Shown: positions 40,163-53,555, counted from the first letter of the stretch. The stretch: 64,000 nt of DNA from Eledone cirrhosa (GCA_964016885.1 CAXHJY010001228.1:1-64000); one strand, 5' to 3'. Program-made: numbers and translations. The notes: generated from the sequence alone by a model not told the origin.

Positions 40163-43100
40163 TTCTTCTGGTTTTATAATTTCACAAATTTTTTCCCAAT
40201 AGAGAGAGAGTCAGTTTCTAACCGAGATACAAGATTCTTTCATTGGAATTTACACAACATCAACTAGGTAGATTATGTATGCATGCATGCATGCATGTTT
40301 AGATATAGATGTTATTGTATGTGTGATGTGTATGTTTTGAGTTGTATGTGTGCATGTGTATATGCTTTGTATCTGTACATGTGTATATGCAGTTAATAGA
40401 TGAAAAATGTTTGGAATGTTTTACATAATTTTACTGTTCCATTAATAGATTGTACTTGTAATTTCCTAACTAGTTGTGTTCTTTCTGTTCCTGTGAAGCC
40501 TAGCTTCTCAAGATTTGTATTGAGGCAGTTACTAACATACCCCAGTGCCCCAATAATCACAGGCATAAATCTGAAGGTGTAATCAGGATGGAGTATCTGC
40601 AGATTTCTCATCAGTTCTGCATAAATATTCTCCTTTTCACTAATCTTTGATATTATATTGGCATCTGCTGGGCAGCTAATTTCCACTACTGTGCATGTTT
40701 TCTTCTCCCTGTCCCATATCATAATATCTGGTCTGTTGTGCCTGCATTTTATTGGGGTTTTTACTGGAACATTCCACCAGTACTCTTTCATATTATGTAC
40801 GTGGATGTCTTCGACATTGCTATAGCTTTTAATGTGTTTATTATCGGGGCTATCTTTTTTACGGACTGTGTTTTGGCCACTACATCATGCCTCATGGGTA
40901 GATAGTACCGCGATGACATTCTTTGGACAGCTGCTGATGACATGGGTGATATCCTCGATGTTAGTTCTGCAGAGTCTGCACTTGTTATCACATCTAGGTG
41001 TTTTGCCTGCATCCCTATCTCTTTTGTGAATCAGGTATTTCGTGTTAATCTCCTGTTCCTGGATTGCAAAAGCGTATCCTTCAAAGTAGGAGCCAATATA
41101 GCGGTTGTTGGTCCAAGATAGACTACTTTCCTTATCTATATTACTCTCACTCTGGAGCTTCCTGGCAACATATCCATGCATAATTTTTTTGCTGATAAGC
41201 ATGCGGTTTTTCATTCATGGATTCACTGCGATACTGCTGAGCGACTTCCCTGGGTGTGAGTTTTTGATTATCACACAGAGAATATCTCTCAAGGAGTTCC
41301 TTCCCAACTCTCATGATCTTATCTGTTTCATGCAGATAGACTTGCTCGAGAAATGGGCTCCTACGCTTCGAGGTTCGTAGATGTTGTTGGAGGGATATGA
41401 TGTGACATTCCAATGCTGTCTGGACTGATGTTAGGCCTCTGCCTCTCTGCTTACGTTTCAAGTAAAGGCGGTCTATGTCACTGTTGGTGTGGAAGTTTCC
41501 GGTGTTGTTTAGTATTTTTCGAGTTCTAACATCAAGTGCTCGGATTTCGTCTATCGTCCAATTGAGTATTCCAAACGTTGGTGTTAGGACAGGCACAGCA
41601 AACACATTGTGAGCCACTGTTTTGTTCTGCGCAGAGAGTTCCGATGACCAAATATTTCTTAATCGGGTGTAGTATTCCCTGGTTACGCGTTCCTTATTAC
41701 AGATACCATTATAGGATATGTTTTCATCTATACCCAGGTATCTGTAGCAGTCCTCATCAGATATCGATGAAACAGTTAGGCCATTGATGACAATGTTGCT
41801 AGATTGGGTTGTTGTTTTTCCCTGCTTTACAGTCATGTATGAGCATTTATCTTGGCCAAACTCCATTCCTATATCCTTTGAGAACGTTGTAACCAAGTAA
41901 AGATTTTTCTTCCTCCCATCCATGTTCTTGGCATAGAGTTTCAGATCGTCCACAAAGAAATTATGGATTAGGTTCGTATTTCTGTCCTCCTGTGAGCCAA
42001 TGATGTATCGCTCACATTTCTTGAGCAGAAAGGACAAGGGGTTTAATGACAAGATAAATAATATCACAGAGAGACTGTCCCCCTGAAATATACCCCTGCG
42101 ATATTTTATTTTATCAGTGAAAATAGAGTCCTCCCTCTCTGTCTTTAACCTAGGATAGTAGCCCAAGAAGAAGACAGCCTCTCTATGGCTCTGACAATAA
42201 TGTCTGGGACTTTAGCAAGCTGGAGGGCCTGTATCATTCAAGAGTGGGGAACAGAATCGAAAGCTTTCCTGCAGTCCAGCCAGACTGTAGCCATATTCCT
42301 CCTAAGTTGTCGCACTTCCGACATCGCAGGTTTGTTGATTAGGAGTTGTTCAGCACATCCCCAAACCCCTTTCTTTCCAGCTGCTTGTTTATCTGTGATG
42401 ATCTTATTATTTTCACAGTGATCTTGGAGGAATAGGTTCAGGCAGGCTTATACATCAGGTTCTGGCATGCAATGGGTCGGTAGTTTTTTGCCAAGTGGGT
42501 GTCTTTGTTCTTGGGGACCAGTAATGTTTGTGCTAATGTCAACCATTCTGGTATAAGTGTATCTCCCTTAAGAACTTGTTGGTAGAGGTCAGTAAGGTAC
42601 TTCCGATAAAATATCAGTTTTTTTGTACCAGTAGCCGACAATCATGTCTCTTCCTGGTTTTTTCTACTCTTGGAGTTTTCCTATCACAGTCTCAAGGGTA
42701 CCCTCACTTATTTCGTATGTTTTTGTTGTAGTGTAGGAGCAATAATTCTTTCGGATTTCTGTTAGCCACACTGCATCTTGGTCGAAATTCTTCTTTTCAC
42801 CCCATATTTTGCTCTAAAAGGAATCTATGTCTTTCTGGGATGGGGCCTCAGTGACACTTATTATTTTGTTCTTCATATCTCTATAGACTGATGTTTGGTT
42901 TCGTCTGAATCTTTTATTAAGCACTTTCTCTTATCTACCTTCTTCAGGTATCGGCGTTTTTCGCTAACAGCTCTCAATTCTTGTTTGAGGGTGATCAGCT
43001 TATATTGGAGAGTTCTGGTTCTACTGTTACCAAACATCGTCTCTATTTTATTTTTCACTCTTTGTTGGTGAGGAGTGAGGTTTTTGTGTGTTTGTTTGCA

Positions 43101-44245
43101 TGTAAGGAGCATTGTCACATATCCTATGGTTTTACGTAGGTCAACAATATTTTTTTCTATTTTAGTTATATATGATGGTATTTTTGGTGGTGTTCTGTTC
43201 TTGTTAATATCTCTGCTCTCACCAAGATAATACTTCACTGTCGTTGCTAAGGCATATAAACAGGCGTTGATTTGCCAAAATGTTGGGGTTTTTATCCGTC
43301 GTAAATATTCATCCCCTATTTCGTCAATAACACGTAATATTTCATTATTTGGTTTTTTATTAAACGTTGTCGTTTTAACACGTTCAGCAAGAGAGATATT
43401 TATACATGAATTAATTTCTCTCTGGAAGATTTCGTTGAGGGAAATTTTCAATTGATTATTATCATTATCGATAGTATTTTCAACAACAGTCGAGGTAGAC
43501 TCGGATGGTACACGTGGTGTCAAATTTATTCGATTATTATTATTATCGATCGTGTTTTCCCCAGCATTCGAGGTAGACTTAGATGGTACAGGTGGTGTCA
43601 AGTTTCTTATAGGCATAGTTGTTTCAAGGCGCTGTTCGACCTGGCTGCTAGGAAGTCTAGTAGCATGGCGACCTGTAGCACATGTTGTTGATCCAATGTT
43701 TGTTGTGGGGGACTTACAATTAATACTATATATCTTATTTTTACGTTCAACAAACGTCGGTTGTTGGCGTAATTGTTTCGCTGTGAAGTAATTTAGCTCT
43801 GGGTGCATTTCGTCCCAGTGTAGCTTCATTCTGTTCATATAGCCAATGGAGGGATTGTTTTTTGCCATTTCATAACAATTAAATAAATCATTAATAAGTT
43901 GAAAACTCCAAGAGAAATGCGATTTATAATTTCGGTTTCTTCTGTAGCTACAACTGAATAAAGTTTGTTTACCTTTCTTGTTGTTTGTCTTCGATACTTC
44001 CTTAATTTTGTTGTTGATGTTGTGTTCAGCCATGCTGTTTGTAGCAAATCCTTGTAAAATGAATTATGTATTTAGTCGGATATCTCTACGAATTCGAATA
44101 AAAGGTGTCTTCAGAAGATATACTTAGAAGAATATCCAGTTATTCAACATGACAGTAGTTGTGGCATTACTGTCGGAGATTGTATTCATCTTAAATTTAA
44201 TAAATAGTCTCCCACGCCAAAATATGCGACTGATCGCGTTGACTG
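40163..44245 (-). mobile_element. Near full-length R4/Dong-clade RLE non-LTR retrotransposon, frameshifted
   Basis: NYRPIAC, RGIFQGDSLS, HNFFVDDLKLYAK, CCHC knuckle CRLC...HVISSC, RHD, HNRPDI...VEISCP restriction-like endonuclease; broken ORFs 40393-44033; flanked by (TATG)n. Confidence 0.9.
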
Positions 44246-44310
44246 TATGTTATGTTATGTTATGTTATGTTATGTTATGTTATGTTTGTATGTATGTATG
44301 TATGTATGTA

Positions 44311-46544
44311 TAATAATTCTACGAAGGTGGCGAGAGCACTTTGATGATCTTTTGAATAAGCCGTCTGTCGTCAATGAAGATTTCCTCAATCTCATTCCAG
44401 AAAGTCCCGTGAAAGTAGCTCTCGCAGAACCCCCGACGCTTGTGGAGGTTGCAGTGGCTATCCCGAAGCTGAGCAGTGGAAGGTATCCAGGTATGGATGG
44501 CATACATGCTGAGCTCCTACAATATGGTGGTGAGAGACTCCTGCAACATCTTCACTCTTTGTTTGGCAGGATATGGGCTAATGAATCCGTACCTGAGGAC
44601 TGGAGAGATACAGTAATGGTGGTCTTGTACAAGAGAAAGGGTAACAGGAATGATTGTGGGAACTATAGAGGTATATCATCGCTTTCTCTCGTAGGGAAAT
44701 TTTGATGTAGGGTACTTCTGGACCTTCTGCTGACACACATTGCAGATTGTGTTCTTCCTGAAAGTCAATCTGGTTTTCGTGCTGGACGCGGCACTACTGA
44801 TATGATCTTCTCAGCTAGACAGCTCCAGGAGAAGTGCATGGAACAAGGTTTGGATCTGTATCAGGTTTTTGTCGATCTGACAAAAGCTTACGATACTGTT
44901 AACAGAAATGCATTATGGAAGGTTCTCCAGAAACTTGGTTGCCCTGATAAGTTCCTTGCTTTAGTTAGGTCTTTCAATGATGACATGAAGGCTTGGGTTA
45001 ATGTCGGAGGTAACATGTCGGAGCCTATCTCAGTAAAAAATGGAGTGAAACAGGCGGATATTCCAGCACCGACCCTGTTTGGCATATACTTTGCAATGGT
45101 TTTCTGTATTGTATTCAGGAATTGCGAGCATTGTGTTTACATCCGATATCGAACCCCAGGCAGCATATTTAACATCAGGCGCTTTGCTGCAAAGACAAAA
45201 GTATTTACATCAATCATAAGAGACCTCTTGTATGCAGATGATTGCGATCTTGTAGCGCACACAGAGAGTGATATGCAGCACATTTTGAATGCATTTTCTG
45301 GCGCTTGCACTGCCCTAGGATTGACTGTCAGTCTCAAGAAAACCGTCGTCTTGTACCAACCTGCCCCTGGTAAGCAGTACAGTGAACCAACTATCTATGT
45401 GTATGGTAAACGACTTGGAGTGGTTGATCAGTTTGTCTACCTGGGAAGCACTGTCGATCGATACAGCAACCTTGATAGTGAAATCTCACTTAGGATTAGG
45501 AAAGCAAGTGATGCTTTCGGAAAGCTAGAAAGGCGACTCTGGGGTCGGCGAGACATATGCAAGAAGACAAAGGTAAAGGTATACAAGGCATGTGTGCTCT
45601 CTTCTCTTCTTTATGCCTGCGAGACCTGGGTCACATATCGACACCACCTTAAGAAATTGGAGCGTTTCCATCAGATGTGTCTCAGACGGATCCATGGCGT
45701 TAACTGGAGGGACCACATCAGTGAGGTCGAGATTTTGGAAAGCTCTATGTGTGACAGTCTAGAAGCTCTTGTGCTTAAACAACGACTCCGTTGGAGTGGT
45801 CACCTTGCCAGGATGAAGGATTCTAGAATACCAAAACAACTCTTTTATGGATAGTTAGTTAAAGGAAAACGACCGCCACATAAACCAGAAAAGAGGTATA
45901 AGGATTCCTTGAAAGCCTCTTTGAAAGACGCTAACATCTCTGCTGATACATGGGAAAATATTGTTGCTGATCGTAATAAATGGAGAAAGACTGTATATGA
46001 GGGAAAAGTTGCCTTTGAGGCATCTCGAATCGCATATGAGAAAGTAAAGCGGGATGTGAGGAAGGGCATTGCTGTTGCACTTGCAGACGGCGAGGGTCCT
46101 CCTATGGTGCTGACATGCAGCGTATGTGCGAGACTCTGCCTAAGCAAGGCTGGACTCGAAAGTCATCTTCGCAGTCATAAAGTAAGACCAGTGGTTGACT
46201 ACCAGGCTGCTGTTGGAGATGCTACTCATCATGCTTGCCAAGCAAGTGGTAGAGAATGTAAATCAGCAGGAGGGCTCCAACGACATGCAAAAGTACATGA
46301 ACTCCAACCACAGCCGGCTATTCCCAGTGAATGTTTTGGTTGCCGACTCTGTGCAAGACATTTTAGATCATTGGCTGGGCTAAAAAGCCACATTCGATCG
46401 CAGCGCTGTTAGTTGCTATCGTGTGTGTGTGTGTGTGTAGATATGTTTATGTGTGTGCGTGTGTGTGTATATATATATATGTATATTATTATTGTTGTTG
46501 TCGTTATTATTATTGTTGTTATTATTATTGTTATTAATATATAT

Positions 46545-46578
<34 letters not shown>

Positions 46579-46652
46579 ATACATATATATATAAATATTT
46601 TTTTTCTTCTCGTGCAATGGCCATACTCGATAACGAGGTGGCAGCCATCATG
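44311..46652 (+). mobile_element. RTE-clade LINE copy B, 5'-truncated, with 3' UTR and (ATGT)n tail
   Basis: RRWREHF, NYRGIS, DMIFSARQLQEKC, FVDLTKAYDTV, YADD; stops at 44703 and 45852; three C2H2-type motifs ending 46412; tail hairpin ctcg ataa cgag. Confidence 0.95.
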
Positions 46653-46805
46653 TATGTATGTATGTATGTATGTATGTATGTATGTATGTATGTATGTATG
46701 TATGTATGTATGTATGTATGTATGTATGTATGTATGTATGGAGGTATCTGTTGTAGCAGGCCTGATTCCTATATTCATCCTATGTATGTGTATGTACGCT
46801 ATATG

Positions 46806-46879
<74 letters not shown>

Positions 46880-47259
46880 CGAATATCATGCATTTTATGT
46901 GTGTATTTACATGTGCAAATTGTTTACAATTCCCTTGGTTATACACAGAGAATCCTTGTTGCTCATTGCTCTTTTATAGATTCAGACAAAGAATAGTAAC
47001 AGCTGGGATGTTATATATACACGCGGCACTAGTAATAGAAATAGTACATAGTCTAACGAACGTCTTGTGTTCTCTATAGAATTTGTCTTAGCAGTCACGT
47101 GTTTTAGAATTTGCTCGCGCTGTGCGTGGTCCTTGGGTAGGTATATTGTAGCATAGTCTCGGGCTGATCAACACTTGAAACAAAATCTGAAAATACTGAA
47201 CCACCACGTACTTGTGCGCGTGCGTGCGTGCGTGCGTGCGTGCGTGTGTGTGTGTGATA

Positions 47260-47667
47260 CGGGGGTAATCCCAAAAGTAAGGCCTCCAAAGCGTTGGGGA
47301 CGCAGAGAAACTGTTCGTACGGCTGTTGGCAACATTGTTGTGATGTGTGCTTCCTTCACTCCCAAACAAGCATGCGCGCGCTTCGCTGGGATGCTCAATC
47401 CTGGCTTGGCAGCCGTTGAGAATGGAGCTCCCGTTGAACGCTACCGCCAAGTGCGAATTTAACGCAGTTATCATATAGAGGGCAATCCCCAAAGTAAGGT
47501 CTCCTTCCGAGGAAAACATGCGTAAAGATCGGTGGATCACTCTGGATGCTCTCTGCATTTCGGTTCCTGAGGTTTGCCGAAGCACCATCGACAGGATTTT
47601 AACGGAAAAGTTGCAATATCGGAAGTTGCAATTTCGGAAGGAGACCTTACTTTTGGGATTGCCCTTG
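47260..47667 (+). mobile_element. Deleted mariner-type element with duplicated left TIR
   Basis: TIRs at 47260, ~47476 and 47637-47667 (gggcaatcccaaaagtaaggtctcc), TA ends; remnants MELPLNATAKCEFNAVI and MRKDRWITLDAL...RSTIDRILTEKLQYRK. Confidence 0.8.
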
Positions 47668-48094
47668 TAATAAGTTAGATGGTAGAAAAATAAATATATT
47701 GATAAAAATGTCTATATTATGAGACAGTAAGCATGCACATACATGTACACCAGGTCAGAACACAGAGGAGCCGAACTCCCACTGTCATCACCTCCGTCTC
47801 TCTCGCCCTCCTCATCTCTCATGTAGATGAGGTCCGAACACAGAGGAGCCGAACTCTCACGGTCACCACCTCCATCTCTCTCGCCCTCCCCATCTCTCAC
47901 TATTACGAGCAAATGGTGCCCCACGTGTAGGCCGCCCCACGGCCCCGGCGGATAGAATGGCGAAGGCGTTTCCTCGGAGGATGGTAAGGGAGATGCGTTG
48001 GAAGAGCTATTCCATCTCGCGAGGCTCACACCTATGGCTCGCCAGCTCAGAGCCTATGGTGGTAAGTTTCTGATTTCGGCAAAGGTGGACAATC

Positions 48095-48256
48095 TCGGTG
48101 GAGGGGAAAGTCGATTACATCGATTCCAGTGCCTTACTGGTACTTTCCTTTCATCCTTACGGTATAGATAAAGTTAACGTCGGATTTCAACTCAGAATGC
48201 AAATAACTATGCCAAAAAGCATGTTTCTGACACTCTACCAATTCTGCCAACCCATC
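48095..48256 (-). mobile_element. Degenerate, rearranged SINE-1
   Basis: ccagtgccttactggtactt, atttcaactcagaatgc, ctctaccaattctgccaa. Confidence 0.65.
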
Positions 48257-48980
48257 GTCCTGTGTGTGTGTGCGTGTGTGTGTGCGTGTGCGTGTGCGTG
48301 TGCGTGTGCGTGTGCGTGTGCGTGTGTGATAATAGCAATGGCAACAGTAACAATAATTGCACCATGCTCACCCATTGTACAAACTTACAATGGCTGCATG
48401 TCCATAGAAGGATTTCTAGTTTAGGCACCAGACCAACATTTTGGGGGAAGAAGAAATTCGATTAAATTGACCCGCAGTGTTTGACAGCATGTGTAAATTT
48501 TCTCCTTTGTATATCGTCAAAGAGGAGATCTCACATTTTAGGTATACAGAAGTCGACAATAACATGAATAAAATATAACGAAACTGAAAATAAATGATAA
48601 TGGCCAATATATTGGAAAAAAAAATTATCTGTGTATTCAATAATAGATAAATACTGTAAGATACCATAAATAATCGTGATTAATGAAGATTTGATTCGAA
48701 TAAAGTTTAAATTTTTATCAACCAAAAATTAAACGAAAAAAATCATTCAAATTTTGATGAAAAATTAGATACATACCCACCCCACAAAAATCTCATATTT
48801 AAATGGCACAGTCTACTACACTGACCAATATTAGGAGAACTTTATCACCAAAGGAATAAACTGTAGTAATTTTACGTAAAATTTAACACAATATATATAT
48901 TAATATTAAAATCTATAATTATAATTATTTTAATTAATATAGTTTATTATTGTTTCAACCAGCGACTGACCTTCACCTGC

Positions 48981-49063
48981 TGAGACCCTAACCTATATGA
49001 AATTTGAGACCCTAGAATTATATGAATTTTGAGACCCTAAGCTGTATGAAATTTGAGGCCCTT
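48981..49063. repeat. ~25-bp tandem repeat x3-4
   Basis: tgagacccta...tatgaaatt units. Confidence 0.7.
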
Positions 49064-49473
49064 CTCTAAAAAATATTCGGGTAAATCAATTTACATTATT
49101 ATTTATTGATGATTACAGAATCAAATTAGTTCTAAAATGTTCCCTTTAACTAATTAATTAATTATTCTATTCGCCGCATAGAAAAATAAATATATATTTT
49201 AAAAAAATGATGCCCCCTAAGGCGTGTCATGATAGGAAAAACCTGATTTTATATTCATTCAGAATACAATGCTACACATGGGGCACCTATTGAAATACTG
49301 GTGAGAAAATTGTTATTGGCTAATGGAAAGAAAAGAAAAAATATAATTATATATAGGTCGATTACTACAAATGTAATCCACACTAAAAAGAAGAAAATGA
49401 AATGCAGTCCATAATAGTGCTTGAAGAAGTGACAACATATAAGTGTGAAAAATAAAGGAAAGAACGTGTTAAA

Positions 49474-49518
<45 letters not shown>

Positions 49519-49913
49519 GTATGTGTGTGTGTGCGTGTGCGTTTTTGTGTGTGTGACTATAGAAAAACACATTTATATATAGGCTTATAGGTATACTTGT
49601 TTTATAAGCGTATAAAAGATGTAACGATTGACACATGTACGCACAACCATACATACAACCATACATACAACCATACATACAACCATACATACAACCATAC
49701 ATACAACCATACATACAACCATACATAAATACTGAAATACATTCATGTTCCCCCCCCCCTACATATCTACCAACCTTCTTAACTACATACATACCTACTT
49801 ACATACATACCTACCTATTTACCTACCTATCTACATACATATATACATACCTAGTTACATACCTACCTCCTTACTCACATACATACCTATATACCTACCT
49901 TCCTACATACATA

Positions 49914-50025
49914 CATGATGGCTGCCCCCTCGCTATCGAGTATGGCCAATGCACGAGGAGAAAGAAAAAAAAATAATAATAAATAAATAAAAATAAAATA
50001 AAAATAAAAAAAAAATAAAAAGAAG

Positions 50026-50057
<32 letters not shown>

Positions 50058-51302
50058 CATACATATATATACACACACACACACACACACATACTCACAC
50101 ACACATACATTAATAACAATAACAACAATAATAATAATAACAACAACAATAATGATATACATATACATATATATACACACACACACGCACACACATAAGC
50201 ATATCTACACACACACACACACACACGATAGCAACTAACAGCGCTGCGATCGAATGTGGCTTTTTAGCCCAGCCAATGATCTAAAATGTCTTGCACAGAG
50301 TCGGCAACCAAAACATTTACTGGAAATAGCCGGCTGTGGCTGGAGTTCGTGTACTTTTGCATGTCGCTTGAGCCCTCCTGCTGATTTACATTCTCTACCA
50401 CATGTTTGGCAAGCATGATGAGTAGCATCTCCAACAGCAGCCTGGTAATCAACCACTGGTCTTACTTACGATGACTGCGAAGATGACTTTCGAGTCCAGC
50501 TTTGCTTAGGCAGAGTCTCGCACATACGGTGCATGTCAGCACCATAGGAGGACCCTCGCCGTCTGGAAGTGCAACAGCAATGCCTTTCCTCACATCCCGC
50601 TTTACTTTCTCGTATGCGATTCGAGATGCCTCAAAGGCAACTTTTCCCTCATATACAGTCTTTCTCCATTTATTACGATCAGCAGCAATATTCTCCCATG
50701 TATCAGCAGAGATGTTAGCGTCTTTCAGAGAGGCTTTCAAGGAATCCTTATACCTCTTTTTTGGTTTATGTGGCGGTCGTTTTCCTTTAACCAACTCTCC
50801 ATAAAAGAGTTGTTTTGGTATTCTAGAATCCTTCATCCTGGCAAGGTGACCACTCCAACGGAGTCGTTGCTTAAGCACAAGAGCTTCTAGACTGTCACAC
50901 ATAGAGCTTTCCAAAATCTCGACAACACTGATGTGGTCCCTCCAGTGAACGCCGTGGATCCACATCTGATGGAAACGCTCCAATTGCTTTAGGTGGTGTC
51001 GATATGTGACCCAGGTATCGCAGGCATAAAGAAGACAATAGAGCACACATGCCCTGTACACCTTTACCTTTGTCCTCCTGCATATGTCTCGCCGACCCAA
51101 GAGTCGCCTTTCTAGCTTTCCGAAAGCATCACTTGCTTTCCTAATCCTAAGTGAGATTTCACTGTCAAGTTTGCTGTATCGATTGACAGTGCTTCCCAGG
51201 TAGACAAACTGATCAACCACTCCAAGTCGTTTGCCATACACATAGATGTTTGGTTCAGTGTACTGCTTACCAGGGGCAGGTTGGTACATGACGACGGTTT
51301 TC
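49914..51302 (-). mobile_element. RTE LINE copy C, 5'-truncated
   Basis: KTVVMYQP...RIPKQLFYGEL, zinc fingers, same 3' UTR and tail as copy B; 12-nt deletion giving FHQMWIH. Confidence 0.93.
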
Positions 51303-51950
51303 ATACATACATACATACATACATACATACATACATACATGGTGGCTGCCAACTCGTTTTCGAGTACGGCCACTACTTTATATCCATGTAGGAGAACCCC
51401 TACCGATGCGCTGAACGAGTGTGACTTTTTAGTCCAGCCAGCGACTTGAAAACTCTGGTACAAACACTACACTTGTGACAATTACTGACACATAGTGCTG
51501 GGCCCATGGTACCATGTGACGACAAGTGCAGAGAGATCTCCAGATATAAAGCAATGCCTGTGCCGTGAAGCTTTTATAGTGAGCAAAGGCACTGCACAAA
51601 GCCAGTCCCACTCTCTTAACCAAGATGATATTTACCAAAAAGAAGAACAAGTCAACATCATTGGATACCATCAGGGTTGCAGGTGTTATATCAGAGTTTT
51701 CCTTCTCCTAGAATTCTGCCTTGACAAAGGCTAAGGGGTCATCTCTCCCGGTGATTTTGGATGGCCATTGACTCTTAAGAGCTCCTTTGCCCTTTGACAG
51801 GTTTTGTTTTTAGTCCTGCAGGATGTCCAAAGTCACCCTCCTCACCAAGAAACCTTGGTGGGGTTGCCAGTTTAGTCGCCAACGACCCGACCATGGGACA
51901 GGTTGTACTGGGATACATGTTACCAGTAGCACCAACTGGTGACCTGACAT
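51303..51950 (-). mobile_element. Non-autonomous RTE-related element (5' UTR-like head plus RTE-type tail)
   Basis: Tail gtggccgtactcgaaaacgagttggcagccaccatg(TATG)n resembles the RTE tail; head has ggcgactaaactggcaacc and ctaggagaaggaaaactctga, which I recall from RTE 5' UTRs. Confidence 0.6.
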
Positions 51951-51994
51951 ATATACATATATACATACATACAAGAATATATTTTGAATATATA

Positions 51995-52342
51995 TGGATC
52001 CACATCTGATGGAAACGCTCCAATTGCTTTAGGTGGTGTCGATATGTGACCCAGGTATCGCAGGCATAAAGAAGACAATAGAGCACACATGCCCTGTACA
52101 CCTTTACCTTTGTCCTCCTGCATATGTCTCGCCGACCCAAGAGTCGCCTTTCTAGCTTTCCGAAAGCATCACTTGCTTTCCTAATCCTAAGTGAGATTTC
52201 ACTGTCAAGTTTGCTGTATCGATTGACAGTGCTTCCCAGGTAGACAAACTGATCAACCACTCCAAGTCGTTTGCCATACACATAGATGTTTGGTTCAGTG
52301 TACTGCTTACCAGGGGCAGGTTGGTACATGACGACGGTTTTC
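51995..52342 (-). repeat. Direct duplicate of 50955-51302 (RTE segment)
   Basis: Appears identical at 1040-bp offset, same 5' breakpoint and same 12-nt deletion. Confidence 0.93.
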
Positions 52343-52653
52343 ATACATACATACATACATACATACATACATACATACATACATACATACATACATACAT
52401 ACATACACACATACATATAAATGGGTAAATACACTAGATATTTGAAGATTAACAGAACATAATTCAGATAATTATTTTAAAAAGGTCAAAGATTAGTTAA
52501 TAGATGGTAAATAAATAGGAGTTAAAACAAACATATAAGTATATATTCCTAATTTGTTATGGATAGAAGTATTTATAGCAACTGCAAGGATAAAAAGAGT
52601 TAAAAATATAACCAGGGGTTTTCTATATTGATAATTTGTTGGCTAGTTATGAA

Positions 52654-53023
52654 TGAGGGTGGGCTGAAAAGTTCATTATTTGACTATGAAGGAGTGATGC
52701 TAGACTGAGAAATCTTGCATGCATTAATTTTAACACTTTTATACTGCATTGTTGCTTTCCAAGTAAATACAGCTGATTTCTTCCAGCAAAATAAAGAGAA
52801 GAAAAGGAAGAGAGAATTGTGAAAGATAACATAGAGGGAGAATAGACCCCAGCATTGAACTGGTATCAATCTCGAAAGAATGAAAGGCAAAGTTGACCTC
52901 GGCGGGATTTGAACTCAGATCCGAAAATGAATACAATAAAGCATATAAATTACACATAAGGTATCATATAGTCATTTCATGAGAGTATTTTGGTCAGCGT
53001 ATGAACATTTCAGCCGACCCTCG
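52654..53023. mobile_element. Mariner-type MITE with nested SINE-1 fragment (52836-52920)
   Basis: TIR tgagggtgggctgaaaagttcat / atgaacatttcagccgaccctcg TA. Confidence 0.7.
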
Positions 53024-53293
53024 TAGTTAGGTTGAAAAAAAAAGAATATTCTGGCTACATGGTATTATTCTCGCCAACATATTCCTCTCTAAAAAGAATT
53101 TGAAGAGATGTAACCATACATATATCACAAGAATGGGTATAATCGAACATTTGTCCATATTCGCCATTTTAGCTAATATGTCATATCGTCATGATTTCTG
53201 CATTTATTTCGTCGTCATTCACACAGAGTATATAAATATATTGTTCGATATGGAAAAAAAACAACATGAGTAAATGAAAAAAACTACACAGCG

Positions 53294-53490
53294 GAACGAT
53301 ACAGTACAACGAAGATATATATTAGTTTAACGCTTGATATAGCAGGAAAAAGCCTTTTACATTCATGCATATTTACATATATAAATACACTCACACACAT
53401 ATTTTCCTACTATATCAAGCGTAAAACTAATAATATATTTCTGCATTGTACTGTGTCGTTTGTTTTCCTATTTCTGTTTGCCCTTTGCAT
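53294..53490. mobile_element. Penelope-type fragment with inversion
   Basis: ~53294-53350 inverted at ~53402-53461; related fragment at 26194-26255. Confidence 0.5.
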
Positions 53491-53555
53491 ATATATGCCC
53501 CCCTCCCATATTCGCTAATTCCAAAGCCGAAATACGATTCTCGCTAATTTATATT

